From IMG/VR virus record IMGVR_UViG_2675903609_000006: a stretch of 43,172 nt of DNA; one strand, written 5' to 3'. The notes under the pieces are model-generated. The model was not told the DNA's origin. It ran no database searches and worked only from the letters and a program-made list of their open reading frames with translations. Source of the DNA: a virus (taxonomy: Duplodnaviria; Heunggongvirae; Uroviricota; Caudoviricetes). Both the position numbers and the translations under genes were made by a program. Positions 9,262 through 19,380 of this stretch are shown here, in pieces (within the stretch, counting starts at the first letter, position 1; each line of letters opens with the position of its first letter).

Positions 9262-10373
9262 CAGAACGGGTCCTCCTGTACTCTGGCTTTTTTCTTTTTC
9301 CGCGCGCCGGGGGCTTCGGGTTCAGGCAGATAAGCATCAGGCGGGCCGACACGGATTTCCGTCAGGGTGCCGTTCTGGTCCTGAGTAAACGTGACTTCCG
9401 AAACAAGCAGTTCGGTATTGTCGAAACCACAGACCGGATCAAAGACAATCACCCGCTGGTTGGGCTGCCACAGCGTACCGTTACCCTGTCGCCAGCCCTG
9501 CACCACATAGGTGGTTTCATCCGTCCGCGCCGCCCGTTGCCGGGCTTCAAAGTCAGCACGCGCAATACAGCCTGCCCCCGTAGCCTGCCCTGTCTGCCTG
9601 ATATACATCGGACGGTAACGGGCAATAAATGCGTCCTCTGTGCGGGCCCGCAGCGCGGTGGTGGTGGCCTCACCGAAATCATCGTCGTTTCCGGCACGCT
9701 GCCCCGCCACCTGGTAAACAGAAAATCGCTCCCGGATACTCTTCTCCGTATCGCAGGAAAGGATGTTTTCCCCGAGTACCAGCGCAGTATGTGCCCGCGT
9801 TGAGCCAATACCGCCAATCACCAGCCTGCCGTGCGGGTCGTCGTAAGCCAGTGCCTGCTGCTGACCGAGTATTTTGTTGATTACCTCAATCACCGTTTCA
9901 CCGTGATCAGGCTGAACATCAGGAATAACACCCGACGGCGCACCGCTGTTCACCACCTCAATGCCGAAAGGCGCAGCAAGCGCCTGCGCAATCTGTACCA
10001 GCGATCGTCCGTTAAACTGTGTCGGTTCGGCTGCACAGTCAATCAGGTCAGCGGTCAGACTGCGTCCGGCAATACCGGTGCTGACCGAACGGGCATCGTA
10101 ACGAACGGGCGTCGCCTCCACCCAGCCGGTGATCACCAGCTCATCACCAATCAGCACCTCCACTTTTGAACCGTTTTTAANNNNNNNNNNNNNNNNNNNN
10201 NNNNNNNNNNNNNNNNNNNNNNNNNNNNNNNNNNNNNNNNNNNNNNNNNNNNNNNNNNNNNNNNNNNNNNNNNNNNNNNNNNNNNNNNNNNNNNNNNNNN
10301 NNNNNNNNNNNNNNNNNNNNNNNNNNNNNNNNNNNNNNNCGCACCGATGTCCAGCCATTCCACTCCCGGCCAT
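9261..10373 (-). CDS. Baseplate hub (phage late control D / Mu P-like); 5' part interrupted by an N-run
   Basis: Position between the spike and DNA-circularisation genes; N-run 10181-10339 lies inside, so the start is uncertain. Confidence 0.55.
   Translation of the reverse strand: MAGSGMAGHRCXXXXXXXXXXXXXXXXXXXXXXXXXXXXXXXXXXXXXXXXXXXXXXXXXXXXXXKNGSKVEVLIGDELVITGWVEATPVRYDARSVSTGIAGRSLTADLIDCAAEPTQFNGRSLVQIAQALAAPFGIEVVNSGAPSGVIPDVQPDHGETVIEVINKILGQQQALAYDDPHGRLVIGGIGSTRAHTALVLGENILSCDTEKSIRERFSVYQVAGQRAGNDDDFGEATTTALRARTEDAFIARYRPMYIRQTGQATGAGCIARADFEARQRAARTDETTYVVQGWRQGNGTLWQPNQRVIVFDPVCGFDNTELLVSEVTFTQDQNGTLTEIRVGPPDAYLPEPEAPGARKKKKARVQEDPF
10181..10339. other. Run of N (159 nt) - gap or masked sequence
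   Basis: Literal n characters. Confidence 1.
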
Positions 10374-10397
10374 TTACCCGTAGCGTGACATTGTCGT

Positions 10398-11774
10398 TCA
10401 TTGCACTGGCACCTTCAGAGGGATCACCGGCACAAAGCCGGGATGCGTAATGGCATTACGCCGGATAATGTCCGCGTCACGCGCCGCGTTATCAAACCAG
10501 GTCGCCGCCAGCACCAGCGCGGGTAAAACCTCATCCGGTGTGCGCTGAATGATCCGTGCAGACTGTTCAAGGCGCGTGTTGATATCCGCATTCAGATCTG
10601 CTTTCACCCGGCGCAGCGCCAGAAACAGCGCATCGCTGGTTGTACGGGACAACTCCTTATCAATTGCCGTATTCAGTGTGTCGCGAATGTCAGTCAGTTC
10701 TTCCCACGTCGGCAGGTCAACCGTGTTTTTCACCGCCGGTGCATTGTTCAGTGCCGGATGCGTGACGGAAGGCCAGCAAGTGCTCTGCGCGGGTGTTGTT
10801 GCCTGCCCCACTGCGGCATTCTGCATCACCGCGGAAGTTGTTGGCGCAGGCAATCGGGTGACGGCATACGCCGCTTCGCTGATTGCGGTCGTACGAAGGG
10901 TGCTGGCAACCACGTTACGCTGCTGCGTCGCCGTGGCGGTGGTTTTACTGTCCGTTTTCCAGACGCCGCGGGGTTGCAGATCGCTGCCGAGGCTGACACC
11001 GGAAAGCGTTTTGATCATGGTGACCAGGTCGCTGGCGTTACCATAAAGGCGTTTCCCGGTACGCCACATTTTCTGCACCTGCTCAACGAAATTTTTGCCT
11101 GACGATGGCGGCGGCAGAAGTACCGAGATATCCCCCTGCAACAGCCTGGCGGCATCCGATACGGCAGAATCCACCACTTTCATCGCATCAGAAACATACC
11201 CCAGCATTATGCTGGCATTACCGATAACGTCGTTCTGCACGAAATCCGCCACACCATCGATACTGAAACCGCTGAAGCTGTCACTGATGCAGTCATCCAG
11301 TGCAGAACAGGATGACATCAGCGTCTGCGCCGTCGCCGCACCTGATGTGGGGTAAGAGAGTTCTCCCGCTTCGACAAACTTCAGGTCAAAGCGGACAATA
11401 CGCCCTTCACTCTTCGATGTGCTGACCCGAACTTCTCCGTCAACACAGACTTTCAGCTCACCGTATGTCGGATGGACAAGCGTGCCGGGACCGGGTTTAT
11501 TCAGCGCGTCAATCAGGCGATCGCGCTGGTCAAAGCAGTCATCTCCCACCACATAAGCCGTGATGGACGGGCGAAAAGTGATTTTCCCCAGGTCTTCGGT
11601 ATAGGGTTTGTCGCGGTTCGGGTATTCATGTGTTTCCACACGGCGACCGGTTCCCGCACTTTCTTCTTCAACCTTAAACGGCACGCCGCGAAATGACGCG
11701 TCCTGAAGTCTGTCACGCCAGCCTGAAGACGACGAAAGTAATGAAGGTCGGGTGGGAAATGAGGATAAATCCAT
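10398..11774 (-). CDS. DNA circularisation protein N-like tail protein
   Basis: 458 aa; N-terminal motif FRGVPF...GRRVETHEYPNRDKPYTEDLG typical of the Mu N family. Confidence 0.7.
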   Translation of the reverse strand: MDLSSFPTRPSLLSSSSGWRDRLQDASFRGVPFKVEEESAGTGRRVETHEYPNRDKPYTEDLGKITFRPSITAYVVGDDCFDQRDRLIDALNKPGPGTLVHPTYGELKVCVDGEVRVSTSKSEGRIVRFDLKFVEAGELSYPTSGAATAQTLMSSCSALDDCISDSFSGFSIDGVADFVQNDVIGNASIMLGYVSDAMKVVDSAVSDAARLLQGDISVLLPPPSSGKNFVEQVQKMWRTGKRLYGNASDLVTMIKTLSGVSLGSDLQPRGVWKTDSKTTATATQQRNVVASTLRTTAISEAAYAVTRLPAPTTSAVMQNAAVGQATTPAQSTCWPSVTHPALNNAPAVKNTVDLPTWEELTDIRDTLNTAIDKELSRTTSDALFLALRRVKADLNADINTRLEQSARIIQRTPDEVLPALVLAATWFDNAARDADIIRRNAITHPGFVPVIPLKVPVQ

Positions 11775-11798
11775 AGACTGACCTCAAAAAGGACTGCG

Positions 11799-13706
11799 TT
11801 ATCGTGGAAAACGAAAAGGGGAATACCCCACATCGTGCGTGATTTTCATCAGGGGATCGGCTTTGCCCGGTACATCAATTATCTTCATACCTGGCGGAGC
11901 ATTCTCGAACGTGACTTTCAGCTCGCTGTGCTGTGTCATGGAAGAAGATGGATTCAACAGCGGAACATTGGGTTTGTACTGGCTCAGGCTGGCCTGATAC
12001 TGCTCGTACTCTTTACGATCAAAAAAAGGCGTCCAGTCTGAAGCCAGAAACAGCCCTTTATTATCCAGCCAGTTAACCGTATCTTCAGGAACAACACTTT
12101 CCAGAGTATCTTTAACCGGCTCATACATCAGGGTTCCCAAAAAACCATATACCCCGGCCTTCCCGATAAAGCCGCGGCCTTTCCCCATCAATCCCGTTTC
12201 TGCCGATACCTTCCCCAGCGTACGCATCTCTCTGGTCACTGCGGTAATGGATTTGGTAACGTCAGCAACCCATTTGGTTGCCATAAACAGGGCAATCGCT
12301 TTCAGAACAGTTTCCCATCCCCCCATCACCTGCGCCGTTTCATCCACCACGTGCCAGACTTTTTTTATGACAGGGCCTACGGTTTCCCAATTATCAATAA
12401 TGAGGTAAGCGCCACCAACCAGAAGAGCAATCAGCCCCTTAGCAGGCGTCATATTCATCACACCGCCGAGAACTTTCATGATTCTGGACAAAGAGCCTGC
12501 AGCGGCCCCCACTGTCAGTAAAGCCAGACCGATTTTAGCAATGGTCTTAACGAGCTCCGGGTTTTCACGGACAAACGTTCTCACTTCCTCAAGGAGCGGT
12601 TTTACCGCTTCAAGACCATCATTAACCTCAGGAAGAAACGTTTCCCCCAGCGTGGAAGAAATGGCATCAAGTTGATTTTGCAGAAGTAAAAGCTGGTTTT
12701 CCGTCGTCGCTGCCCTCGAAGCATATTCCTTCTGCATCGAACTGCCATACTGCTGGGAATCCGCAACCCGCCTGAAGTTGGTACGCAACAAATCAAGGTT
12801 AGTCAGCAGAGGTGCTATCGCGCCCAGAGACTCTTTCCCGAACAGGGCATTCAGCACAGCTGCCTGTTTTTCTTTAGGCACTTTAGCCATCGCATCCAGT
12901 ACAGACAGCATGGTGCCCCGGGCATCTTTCTGCATATCAGCAGCTAATTTCTTCGGATTGATCCGCAGAAAACGCAATGCCTGTGTCTGCGATTTTGTCG
13001 CAGAATTTCCCGCGGTCAGGGAAAGCATGAAGTTCTTGACCCCTGTGGCGGCAATTTCTGACTCCACGCCCATCCCGGCAATGGTTGCCCCCATTGCCGC
13101 GATTTCGCCGGAAGCCACACCTGCAACACCACCTAAAGGACCAATACGCGTAACAATATCGGAGATTTTCTTCGCGTTCGCTGGGCCGGTATTACCAAGG
13201 TAGTTGATTTTGTCAGCCAGCCCGGCCACTTCATCCTGCGTCATATTAAACGCAGTACGCCACTGGGCCATCATCTGCCCGGACTCTTCAGCCGTGGTAT
13301 CAAAGGCCACGCCCATCTTCACCGCATCAGTGGCAAACTGCATCAGTTCATCACGTGCAATCCCGGCCTGACCGCCAGCCGCCACAATTTCCGCGATCCC
13401 GTCTGCAGACATGGGAAGCTCAGTAGACAAAGCGCGTACCTGCTCCGTCATGGCCTTAAACGCATCCGGCGTATCCAGACCGTCCACCACTTTGCGGACA
13501 TCAGCCATCTTCGATTCAAGGGTGATGGCTGATTTTACAGGGAGTGCCAGTGCCCCCATTATTGCAGTACCCGCCCCGGCAGCGCCCAGAGCAAGGCTGG
13601 AGACTTCTTTCTGAAATCCCTTAAGCTGACGCTGCATACCTTTAAGCGGGCCGGACAGCCTGTCAACAGCGGTGATGATGGCTTTCAGCTGAAAATTATC
13701 AGCCAT
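11799..13706 (-). CDS. Tail tape measure protein
   Basis: 635 aa, Ala/Gly-rich helical protein at the tape-measure position. Confidence 0.8.
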   Translation of the reverse strand: MADNFQLKAIITAVDRLSGPLKGMQRQLKGFQKEVSSLALGAAGAGTAIMGALALPVKSAITLESKMADVRKVVDGLDTPDAFKAMTEQVRALSTELPMSADGIAEIVAAGGQAGIARDELMQFATDAVKMGVAFDTTAEESGQMMAQWRTAFNMTQDEVAGLADKINYLGNTGPANAKKISDIVTRIGPLGGVAGVASGEIAAMGATIAGMGVESEIAATGVKNFMLSLTAGNSATKSQTQALRFLRINPKKLAADMQKDARGTMLSVLDAMAKVPKEKQAAVLNALFGKESLGAIAPLLTNLDLLRTNFRRVADSQQYGSSMQKEYASRAATTENQLLLLQNQLDAISSTLGETFLPEVNDGLEAVKPLLEEVRTFVRENPELVKTIAKIGLALLTVGAAAGSLSRIMKVLGGVMNMTPAKGLIALLVGGAYLIIDNWETVGPVIKKVWHVVDETAQVMGGWETVLKAIALFMATKWVADVTKSITAVTREMRTLGKVSAETGLMGKGRGFIGKAGVYGFLGTLMYEPVKDTLESVVPEDTVNWLDNKGLFLASDWTPFFDRKEYEQYQASLSQYKPNVPLLNPSSSMTQHSELKVTFENAPPGMKIIDVPGKADPLMKITHDVGYSPFRFPR

Positions 13707-13790
13707 GCTTCATCTCCTCATTTATACGGACAGCCTCTGCCTCCAGATCAGCAAAGTGGGAAATAGCCGTCCGGCGAAGTTCAAGGGGGT

Positions 13791-14114
13791 TTAATTTCCA
13801 GAACCACGCGACATTGTAGAATCGCTTCCGGAGCTCTCTTCCGTCTCCAAGCCGGTAAAAAAACGCATTACAATCATGCCTGCCTTGAAAATATCCAGCT
13901 TCGTCATCTGCGCTGCAGACGAGCGCGGGATCCCGGCCAGAAGCGGGATATATTTCAGCGCCACCTGACTGTCCATTTTCATACCACCATCAGGCGAAAC
14001 AGAGAAAGGGAACCCCAGCGCCTCAATCTCGTCATACGTAGGCTCACGTATTTCCAGCACATGCAGTGTTTCTTTGTGGGCGATGATCGGTTTTTTAAGT
14101 ACAAGCTCAATCAC
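13791..14114 (-). CDS. Tail assembly chaperone (putative)
   Basis: 107 aa between the tube and tape-measure genes. Confidence 0.4.
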   Translation of the reverse strand: MIELVLKKPIIAHKETLHVLEIREPTYDEIEALGFPFSVSPDGGMKMDSQVALKYIPLLAGIPRSSAAQMTKLDIFKAGMIVMRFFTGLETEESSGSDSTMSRGSGN

Positions 14115-14467
14115 TGGTAATCCCCTTCTTCACCGTGGAACTCAAGATCAACCGTGCCTTCTTCGGCATTATGGTTCGCTTCGCCGTGCAGCCAGGCAGA
14201 CGACAATACATAGACCTGACCGTTCGCCAGCTCGGCAGTGATGGTCATCTCATCAGACGAGGTGATTTTGCTCACCGGAAAATTCTTCGGCACCTTGAAG
14301 GTCCCTTTGACATAAGGCGCACGGTGAGTTTCCTTGCGGTCCACTGAACCGTCCAGGCCGATGATGTCATCATTGACCGTCCTGTTCATGGGCACCTCAA
14401 TGCCGCCGGTCAGCGATAGCTGCTGACCGTCAATTTTGAAATAACAGGTTCCCCCGATACGGGCCAT
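14111..14467 (-). CDS. Tail tube protein
   Basis: 118 aa immediately downstream of the sheath gene. Confidence 0.7.
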   Translation of the reverse strand: MARIGGTCYFKIDGQQLSLTGGIEVPMNRTVNDDIIGLDGSVDRKETHRAPYVKGTFKVPKNFPVSKITSSDEMTITAELANGQVYVLSSAWLHGEANHNAEEGTVDLEFHGEEGDYQ

Positions 14468-15963
14468 TATGCAGACTCCTCTGAATACTGAAGACGGAAC
14501 TGGTTAACCACGGCAAAGACACGCAACTGGTTAACATAGTCAGGCGGGAACAGCGTGTTCAGGCGGTTCGGATCGCTGGCATCACGCTCCAAAACCAGGT
14601 ACTGCTTAAACAGTTCGTAGTTTTCCACGATCCCCGCTCGCTCAAGCTGACGGTAGGTTGCCAGCAGTTCCCCTTTGATCACCGCCGGGGTGACAATCGC
14701 CTGACCGGGACCAAAGCGGGTACCGTCACTGGCAAGCTTGTGACGCCCGTACTTACTGGTAATGACGGATTTCAGTTTGCGCAGTACATACGCGCTGGTA
14801 TGCAGCGTCTCGCTGTCGAGGTAGCTGTTATCCGCAACCCCGTAAGCGTTTTTCCTGTACGTGGTGACATCACGCTGAATGCGCAGTACCCCGCTTTCGA
14901 CATACGCCGTTGCCACGCCATGAGACAGCAGGGTCTGTTGTTCGGTCATCGTGAACCGTTTCCCCTTCGGCGCAGGCAGCATACCCACCAGCTCACCGGT
15001 CTGCGTGGGACGTGCCGGATCGTTGCGAATAAACACCGCTGCGCGGGCGGTACGGCTTGCCGCCAGCTCATCGGCAGGCGTCTGGGTGTCTTTTTCGTAC
15101 CCCGCCAGGGTAATGTGCTGCTGGTTAAACTGGTCACCTGCGGTCACCAGTTCTGACAGCGTGCCGATCTTTGCCGTATACACATGACCATACAGCTGAC
15201 GCGCATAGCTCCAGCGACCGCTGGTATCGTTCATCTCGGTCACCAGCGTGTTAACGGAGGCCGTGTCGTTGAACGGCAGGCCGATATAATCAAACGGCTC
15301 ATCCGCCATTGCAGCCACCGCGCCGGTGAGAACCGGAGCACCCGTTCCGGCGGTACCCGTCGCCACGGCAATCTGTACGCCCGCTGGCAGCACTTCGCCC
15401 CCACCAAAGCCGTAGTAATTGAGGCTGACAGGAATTTCATTCCCGCAAAGCCCCTTATGACGCGCGGTCAGTGTGACCACGCCTGCCGAAGATGAAGCCG
15501 TAAACGGCAGGGCCGGAACGGCATTGATGGCATCTTTGATACTGCTGGCAATCGTCGTGACGTTATCGCCGTTGGTCACCGGAGCCTGCACGCGGGTACG
15601 TCCCACATAGACATTCACCGTGCCGCTTTCGGTTGCTTCCCCGGTCACCGTCAGCGTAACCGTTGCCGCCGCGCCTGTGGCTTCCGGAACGGCAATCACA
15701 TACAGCTCACCAAACGGGTCGGTCTGGCGATAAGCCTCGACCATACGCGCCAGCTGACTTCCCGTACCACAAATCTGGCGTGCATAGTCTGCCGACGGCA
15801 TCAGCACCAGACTGTTGGCAACAATCTCTGCACCGTTATTGGCATGACCAATCAGCAGCGATGCTCCGCTGTCCTGTGCAGTATTCGCAGCCTGGTTATC
15901 CATTTCCGCATAAAACAGCGGAACCAGCGTATTCGACGGAATGGTGTTAAAGCTTATCGTCAT
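14467..15963 (-). CDS. Contractile tail sheath protein
   Basis: 498 aa; sheath family resemblance and position. Confidence 0.85.
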   Translation of the reverse strand: MTISFNTIPSNTLVPLFYAEMDNQAANTAQDSGASLLIGHANNGAEIVANSLVLMPSADYARQICGTGSQLARMVEAYRQTDPFGELYVIAVPEATGAAATVTLTVTGEATESGTVNVYVGRTRVQAPVTNGDNVTTIASSIKDAINAVPALPFTASSSAGVVTLTARHKGLCGNEIPVSLNYYGFGGGEVLPAGVQIAVATGTAGTGAPVLTGAVAAMADEPFDYIGLPFNDTASVNTLVTEMNDTSGRWSYARQLYGHVYTAKIGTLSELVTAGDQFNQQHITLAGYEKDTQTPADELAASRTARAAVFIRNDPARPTQTGELVGMLPAPKGKRFTMTEQQTLLSHGVATAYVESGVLRIQRDVTTYRKNAYGVADNSYLDSETLHTSAYVLRKLKSVITSKYGRHKLASDGTRFGPGQAIVTPAVIKGELLATYRQLERAGIVENYELFKQYLVLERDASDPNRLNTLFPPDYVNQLRVFAVVNQFRLQYSEESA

Positions 15964-16117
15964 CGGTGTTCACCTTTTTATTCACGCGCCGGATATCACC
16001 CGCTGCTTCACGGCGCAGCCAGTAGTTGTTCTCGTCAACATTTCGCCCTTCGGCGGGCAAAAGGTCGCCGCGGGCAGGGTCAGGAACTGACCGCCCTTTA
16101 ACAGGTTTGACAAACAT
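15947..16117 (-). CDS. Small hypothetical protein (56 aa)
   Basis: ORF found by manual translation; fills the gap between the virion gene and the sheath, overlapping the sheath start. Confidence 0.25.
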   Translation of the reverse strand: MFVKPVKGRSVPDPARGDLLPAEGRNVDENNYWLRREAAGDIRRVNKKVNTDDDKL

Positions 16118-16125
16118 GATGATCC

Positions 16126-16686
16126 TCAGGAAGGAAGGGGTATTTCGGTGTGATGTTCGATATCGCCGTCAGGCCCGTTACCGGGATCGAGATAATCAAC
16201 ATCAATCGCCAGCGTTCGCAGTTCATCCAGACTGTTCAGGTCATCCTGCTGGCGGGTATCGTCTTCGGTCAGCTCGCTGATGACCGAAAAATCGAACTGA
16301 TAAATCAGCTCATGACGATTCAGATCCAGCAGCGTGCCGCCGTCATAGGTAATCGGGTTACCGCACGCTTCCGGGTTCCAGCCCAGCAGAGCCTTAAAGA
16401 GCATCTGCCGGACATCGTCCACCACATCATACGAGGCAAACTGACCGCGCTCATCACGCCCGTTACTCAGTATGACAACCACGGAGAAGCCCTCTTTCAG
16501 CTCCTGCCAGTAGTCGGTCTGACTTTTGTTTTCTCCCGGAGAGTCATCACCCGGTACCACATATGCCGCCGGGAGTTTCAACTTTCCGACCTCCGGCAGA
16601 TTTTTGAACTGGGCCGCGCCTGCCACCCGGTTTTCAAAATACAGACAGCGGGCACGCAGCGCAGCAATAACAGGAGTCAGTTTCAT
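16126..16686 (-). CDS. Virion structural protein (tail terminator/completion-like, putative)
   Basis: 186 aa, acidic, between head-tail joining genes and the sheath. Confidence 0.4.
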   Translation of the reverse strand: MKLTPVIAALRARCLYFENRVAGAAQFKNLPEVGKLKLPAAYVVPGDDSPGENKSQTDYWQELKEGFSVVVILSNGRDERGQFASYDVVDDVRQMLFKALLGWNPEACGNPITYDGGTLLDLNRHELIYQFDFSVISELTEDDTRQQDDLNSLDELRTLAIDVDYLDPGNGPDGDIEHHTEIPLPS

Positions 16687-17234
16687 GTTTTTTTCCTTCT
16701 TACAGGACGTAATGACCGCTGTAACTCACGGGACAGTAACTTTTGTGTCCAGTAACGACGCTGGTCGATGACATCAGCCATAAAGTTATTACGTGGTGCC
16801 AGCCGCCAGCGGGATGAATGCTGCTTTTTCTGGCGCTTATCCTTTTTGCTCATCCCGTATGCGGCATGACGCACACCGTAATACAGAAACGCCGGATAAT
16901 ACGCAGAACCTTCAGGAAAACGCCGGTTACCCTGCCCGTTTTTCTGGTTAGGGGAAATCCTGACCATCAGGCCAGAACGACGGGAGCTTTTACGGGGGAC
17001 GTAATAACCTATAGAACGCGCAAGTCGTCCGGTCTGATAGCCGGGGTTTTCACCTGGAGCAGACCGACCACGTCGCATCACCAGCCGCCGGGCATCACGC
17101 ATATAGACACGCCCGATTTGAACAAATGCCCTTCGGAGCCTGGCACGGTTAAACTCCATCTCCTCCGGTTGTTTGAAATCAACGTGTAAAAATGCTGTCT
17201 GATCCACTGCGTCCTCCCATTTGTTCTTCGGCAC
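16683..17234 (-). CDS. Virion morphogenesis protein (putative)
   Basis: 183 aa, strongly basic, in the head-tail joining module. Confidence 0.4.
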   Translation of the reverse strand: MPKNKWEDAVDQTAFLHVDFKQPEEMEFNRARLRRAFVQIGRVYMRDARRLVMRRGRSAPGENPGYQTGRLARSIGYYVPRKSSRRSGLMVRISPNQKNGQGNRRFPEGSAYYPAFLYYGVRHAAYGMSKKDKRQKKQHSSRWRLAPRNNFMADVIDQRRYWTQKLLSRELQRSLRPVRRKKT

Positions 17235-17589
17235 CCAGTTCCGTACACTCCAGCAGCAGAAAGCGCCGCGCCCCGTTCAGATCACGCTGACGTTTCACCC
17301 GGTACACACGGTCATCACAGACCACCTCATAATCAGCAGTGATCCCCCGGCGGTAGCGAATGGTGATGTAATGGGTGATGGCGTCCCCGGTCTGCGCGGT
17401 TTCCTGCCAGGTGGTGGCACTGGTCTGGATAACCTTCGCCCATGTCCGGAACGTAACCGGGTATTGAGGCTCCACGCCAAAGTTATCCGCGGGCATATCC
17501 ACCCGCTGGCGGATCAGGACGCGTTTATTCAGTTCACCGGGGTCCGGCAGAATGTAGGTTGCGCTGGTCTGCGCCTGACGAATTTTCAT
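17179..17589 (-). CDS. Head closure / head-tail adaptor protein (putative)
   Basis: 136 aa downstream of the gp6-like connector. Confidence 0.45.
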   Translation of the reverse strand: MKIRQAQTSATYILPDPGELNKRVLIRQRVDMPADNFGVEPQYPVTFRTWAKVIQTSATTWQETAQTGDAITHYITIRYRRGITADYEVVCDDRVYRVKRQRDLNGARRFLLLECTELGAEEQMGGRSGSDSIFTR

Positions 17590-17909
17590 TGCGGAAAGTA
17601 CCTGTACGGGCCGACAAGCCAGCCAAAACTCTGCGGCATGTCGAGTTTCTCCACTTCCGTAACCGACGAGCGGTTTTCGTAAAAATGGCTGATAAGCATC
17701 AGCATCCCCAGACGAATATCATCCGGCAGGTGCAGCCCGTCCGGATCGCTGTCCGGAATGGTTTCATCCGGTGCATAGAGCTTCCGGTTCAGATACGTTT
17801 CCGTCCGCTTTTGTGCCGCACAGGCCAGCAGTTGCAGATGGCGGTCATCAACATCGAAATCCTCATCCAGCCGGAGTTGGGCTTTAATCTCTTCCATTGT
17901 CAGAAGCAT
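17586..17909 (-). CDS. Head-tail connector protein (gp6-like)
   Basis: 107 aa, acidic, immediately downstream of the capsid gene. Confidence 0.55.
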   Translation of the reverse strand: MLLTMEEIKAQLRLDEDFDVDDRHLQLLACAAQKRTETYLNRKLYAPDETIPDSDPDGLHLPDDIRLGMLMLISHFYENRSSVTEVEKLDMPQSFGWLVGPYRYFPQ

Positions 17910-17911
17910 AC

Positions 17912-18112
17912 TCAGCCCTCTTTACTGGTCGTGGCTTTTTTCTCTTTTGTCGCTTTACTGCTTTTTGCACTGGTTCCGCGCTCTGCTAACCCGGCCTGAA
18001 GTGCAATCTCCTGCACCCGGGCAGGAAGCGCCCCGTCGTCATACTCACCGGCCCGAATGACCTCAACACGCATACCGTCCGGTGACCATTTCAGATCTTG
18101 TTTCAGGATCAT
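17912..18112 (-). CDS. Hypothetical small protein
   Basis: 66-aa ORF between the capsid and connector genes. Confidence 0.3.
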   Translation of the reverse strand: MILKQDLKWSPDGMRVEVIRAGEYDDGALPARVQEIALQAGLAERGTSAKSSKATKEKKATTSKEG

Positions 18113-18160
18113 GATTCTTCACCCGTCAGAACAGGGGCGCGGTTCCGCGCCCCTGAGTGA

Positions 18161-19369
18161 TTACGCCACTGCAATCTTCAGCAGTTTGATGGCCTGCGAA
18201 TCGACCAGCATGCCGCCGGTGCGTTTGGTGGTATAAAAACCGACAAACGGTTTATTGGTGTACGGGTCACGCAGAATGCGGGTGCCGATACGGTCAACGA
18301 TGGTGTAACCCCGTTTGAAGTTACCAAATGCAATGGCTTTCGCATCAGCGGCGATATCCGGCATCTGTTCGTTTTCAGCGATACCGTAACCCGCCAGAGA
18401 GGACGGCTGCCCCAGCTCCAGCCCCGGACGCCACAGATAGTTACCCTCGCTGTCTTTCAGCAGACGGATGGCAAACAGGCTATTGTTGTTCATCATGAAC
18501 TTCGCGCCTGTGCGGTGTGCCTTACGCAGCGTGTAAATCAGTTTGATAATGGCGTCTGCGGTCACCGCCGTCGCGTCGCCGGATACAATATGCTGAAGTT
18601 TGCCGAACGCCCGGACCTTATCGGTTTCATCCGTGGATTCATACGCCAGGAACCCTTTCGGCTTCTTGGTACCATCGCCGGTGGTAAAGGCAATTTCTTC
18701 CTGTTCGGCAAATTCGGTTGCCAGCTCGCTGTTGATCCATGCTTCCACGTTGAAAAAGGCATCATCCAGCATTTTCTGGGTGGCCTGCGGGTTACCGTAG
18801 ATTTCCCCCATGAAAGGTTCAATCAGGCCCAGTTTTGAGGTGGCAGTCTGGGAGCGCGCGTCAGTCTCGCCAACCCATCCGGAAGCCGTGCCGCCCAGAT
18901 TCACCAGTTTTTTGTAGTCGGAACCACCAACGGTGATCACCGTGGCTTCCTGGCGCATCACCACTTCATCTTTCAGCAGGGTGAGAATGTTGCGATCCAG
19001 TGCTTCCGGCACGGCATAGCCGCCGTCTTCATCGGTGCCCACCTGTAATGCCTTGCGCTCCAGATCGCGCAGACCATCTTCACGGCCTTTACGCAGGAAG
19101 CCCACAAACGCTTCTTTATGCTCGGTGGCCAGTTTATTTTGCGCACCACCTGCCGGACGTTTCAGCTCAAGCAGCTCTTTTTCAAGATCGCTTTTGAGGT
19201 TTTCCAGCTCGCTGAGTTTCCCGTTCAGGGTTTCCACCTGCCCGGCAAGCTTGCCTTTTTCCTGCTCAATCGCATCCACGCGCTTGTCGTTCTTTGCTTT
19301 GAAGTCGTCAAACTTCTGCTGCAGCTCCTGCGCGACCTGTTCGACATCTTTAATATCAACCGCCATCAT
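18161..19369 (-). CDS. Major capsid protein (HK97 fold) with N-terminal delta domain
   Basis: 402 aa; N-terminal coiled-coil scaffold-like domain then HK97-type capsid domain. Confidence 0.9.
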   Translation of the reverse strand: MMAVDIKDVEQVAQELQQKFDDFKAKNDKRVDAIEQEKGKLAGQVETLNGKLSELENLKSDLEKELLELKRPAGGAQNKLATEHKEAFVGFLRKGREDGLRDLERKALQVGTDEDGGYAVPEALDRNILTLLKDEVVMRQEATVITVGGSDYKKLVNLGGTASGWVGETDARSQTATSKLGLIEPFMGEIYGNPQATQKMLDDAFFNVEAWINSELATEFAEQEEIAFTTGDGTKKPKGFLAYESTDETDKVRAFGKLQHIVSGDATAVTADAIIKLIYTLRKAHRTGAKFMMNNNSLFAIRLLKDSEGNYLWRPGLELGQPSSLAGYGIAENEQMPDIAADAKAIAFGNFKRGYTIVDRIGTRILRDPYTNKPFVGFYTTKRTGGMLVDSQAIKLLKIAVA

Positions 19370-19380
19370 ATTTCTCCTGA

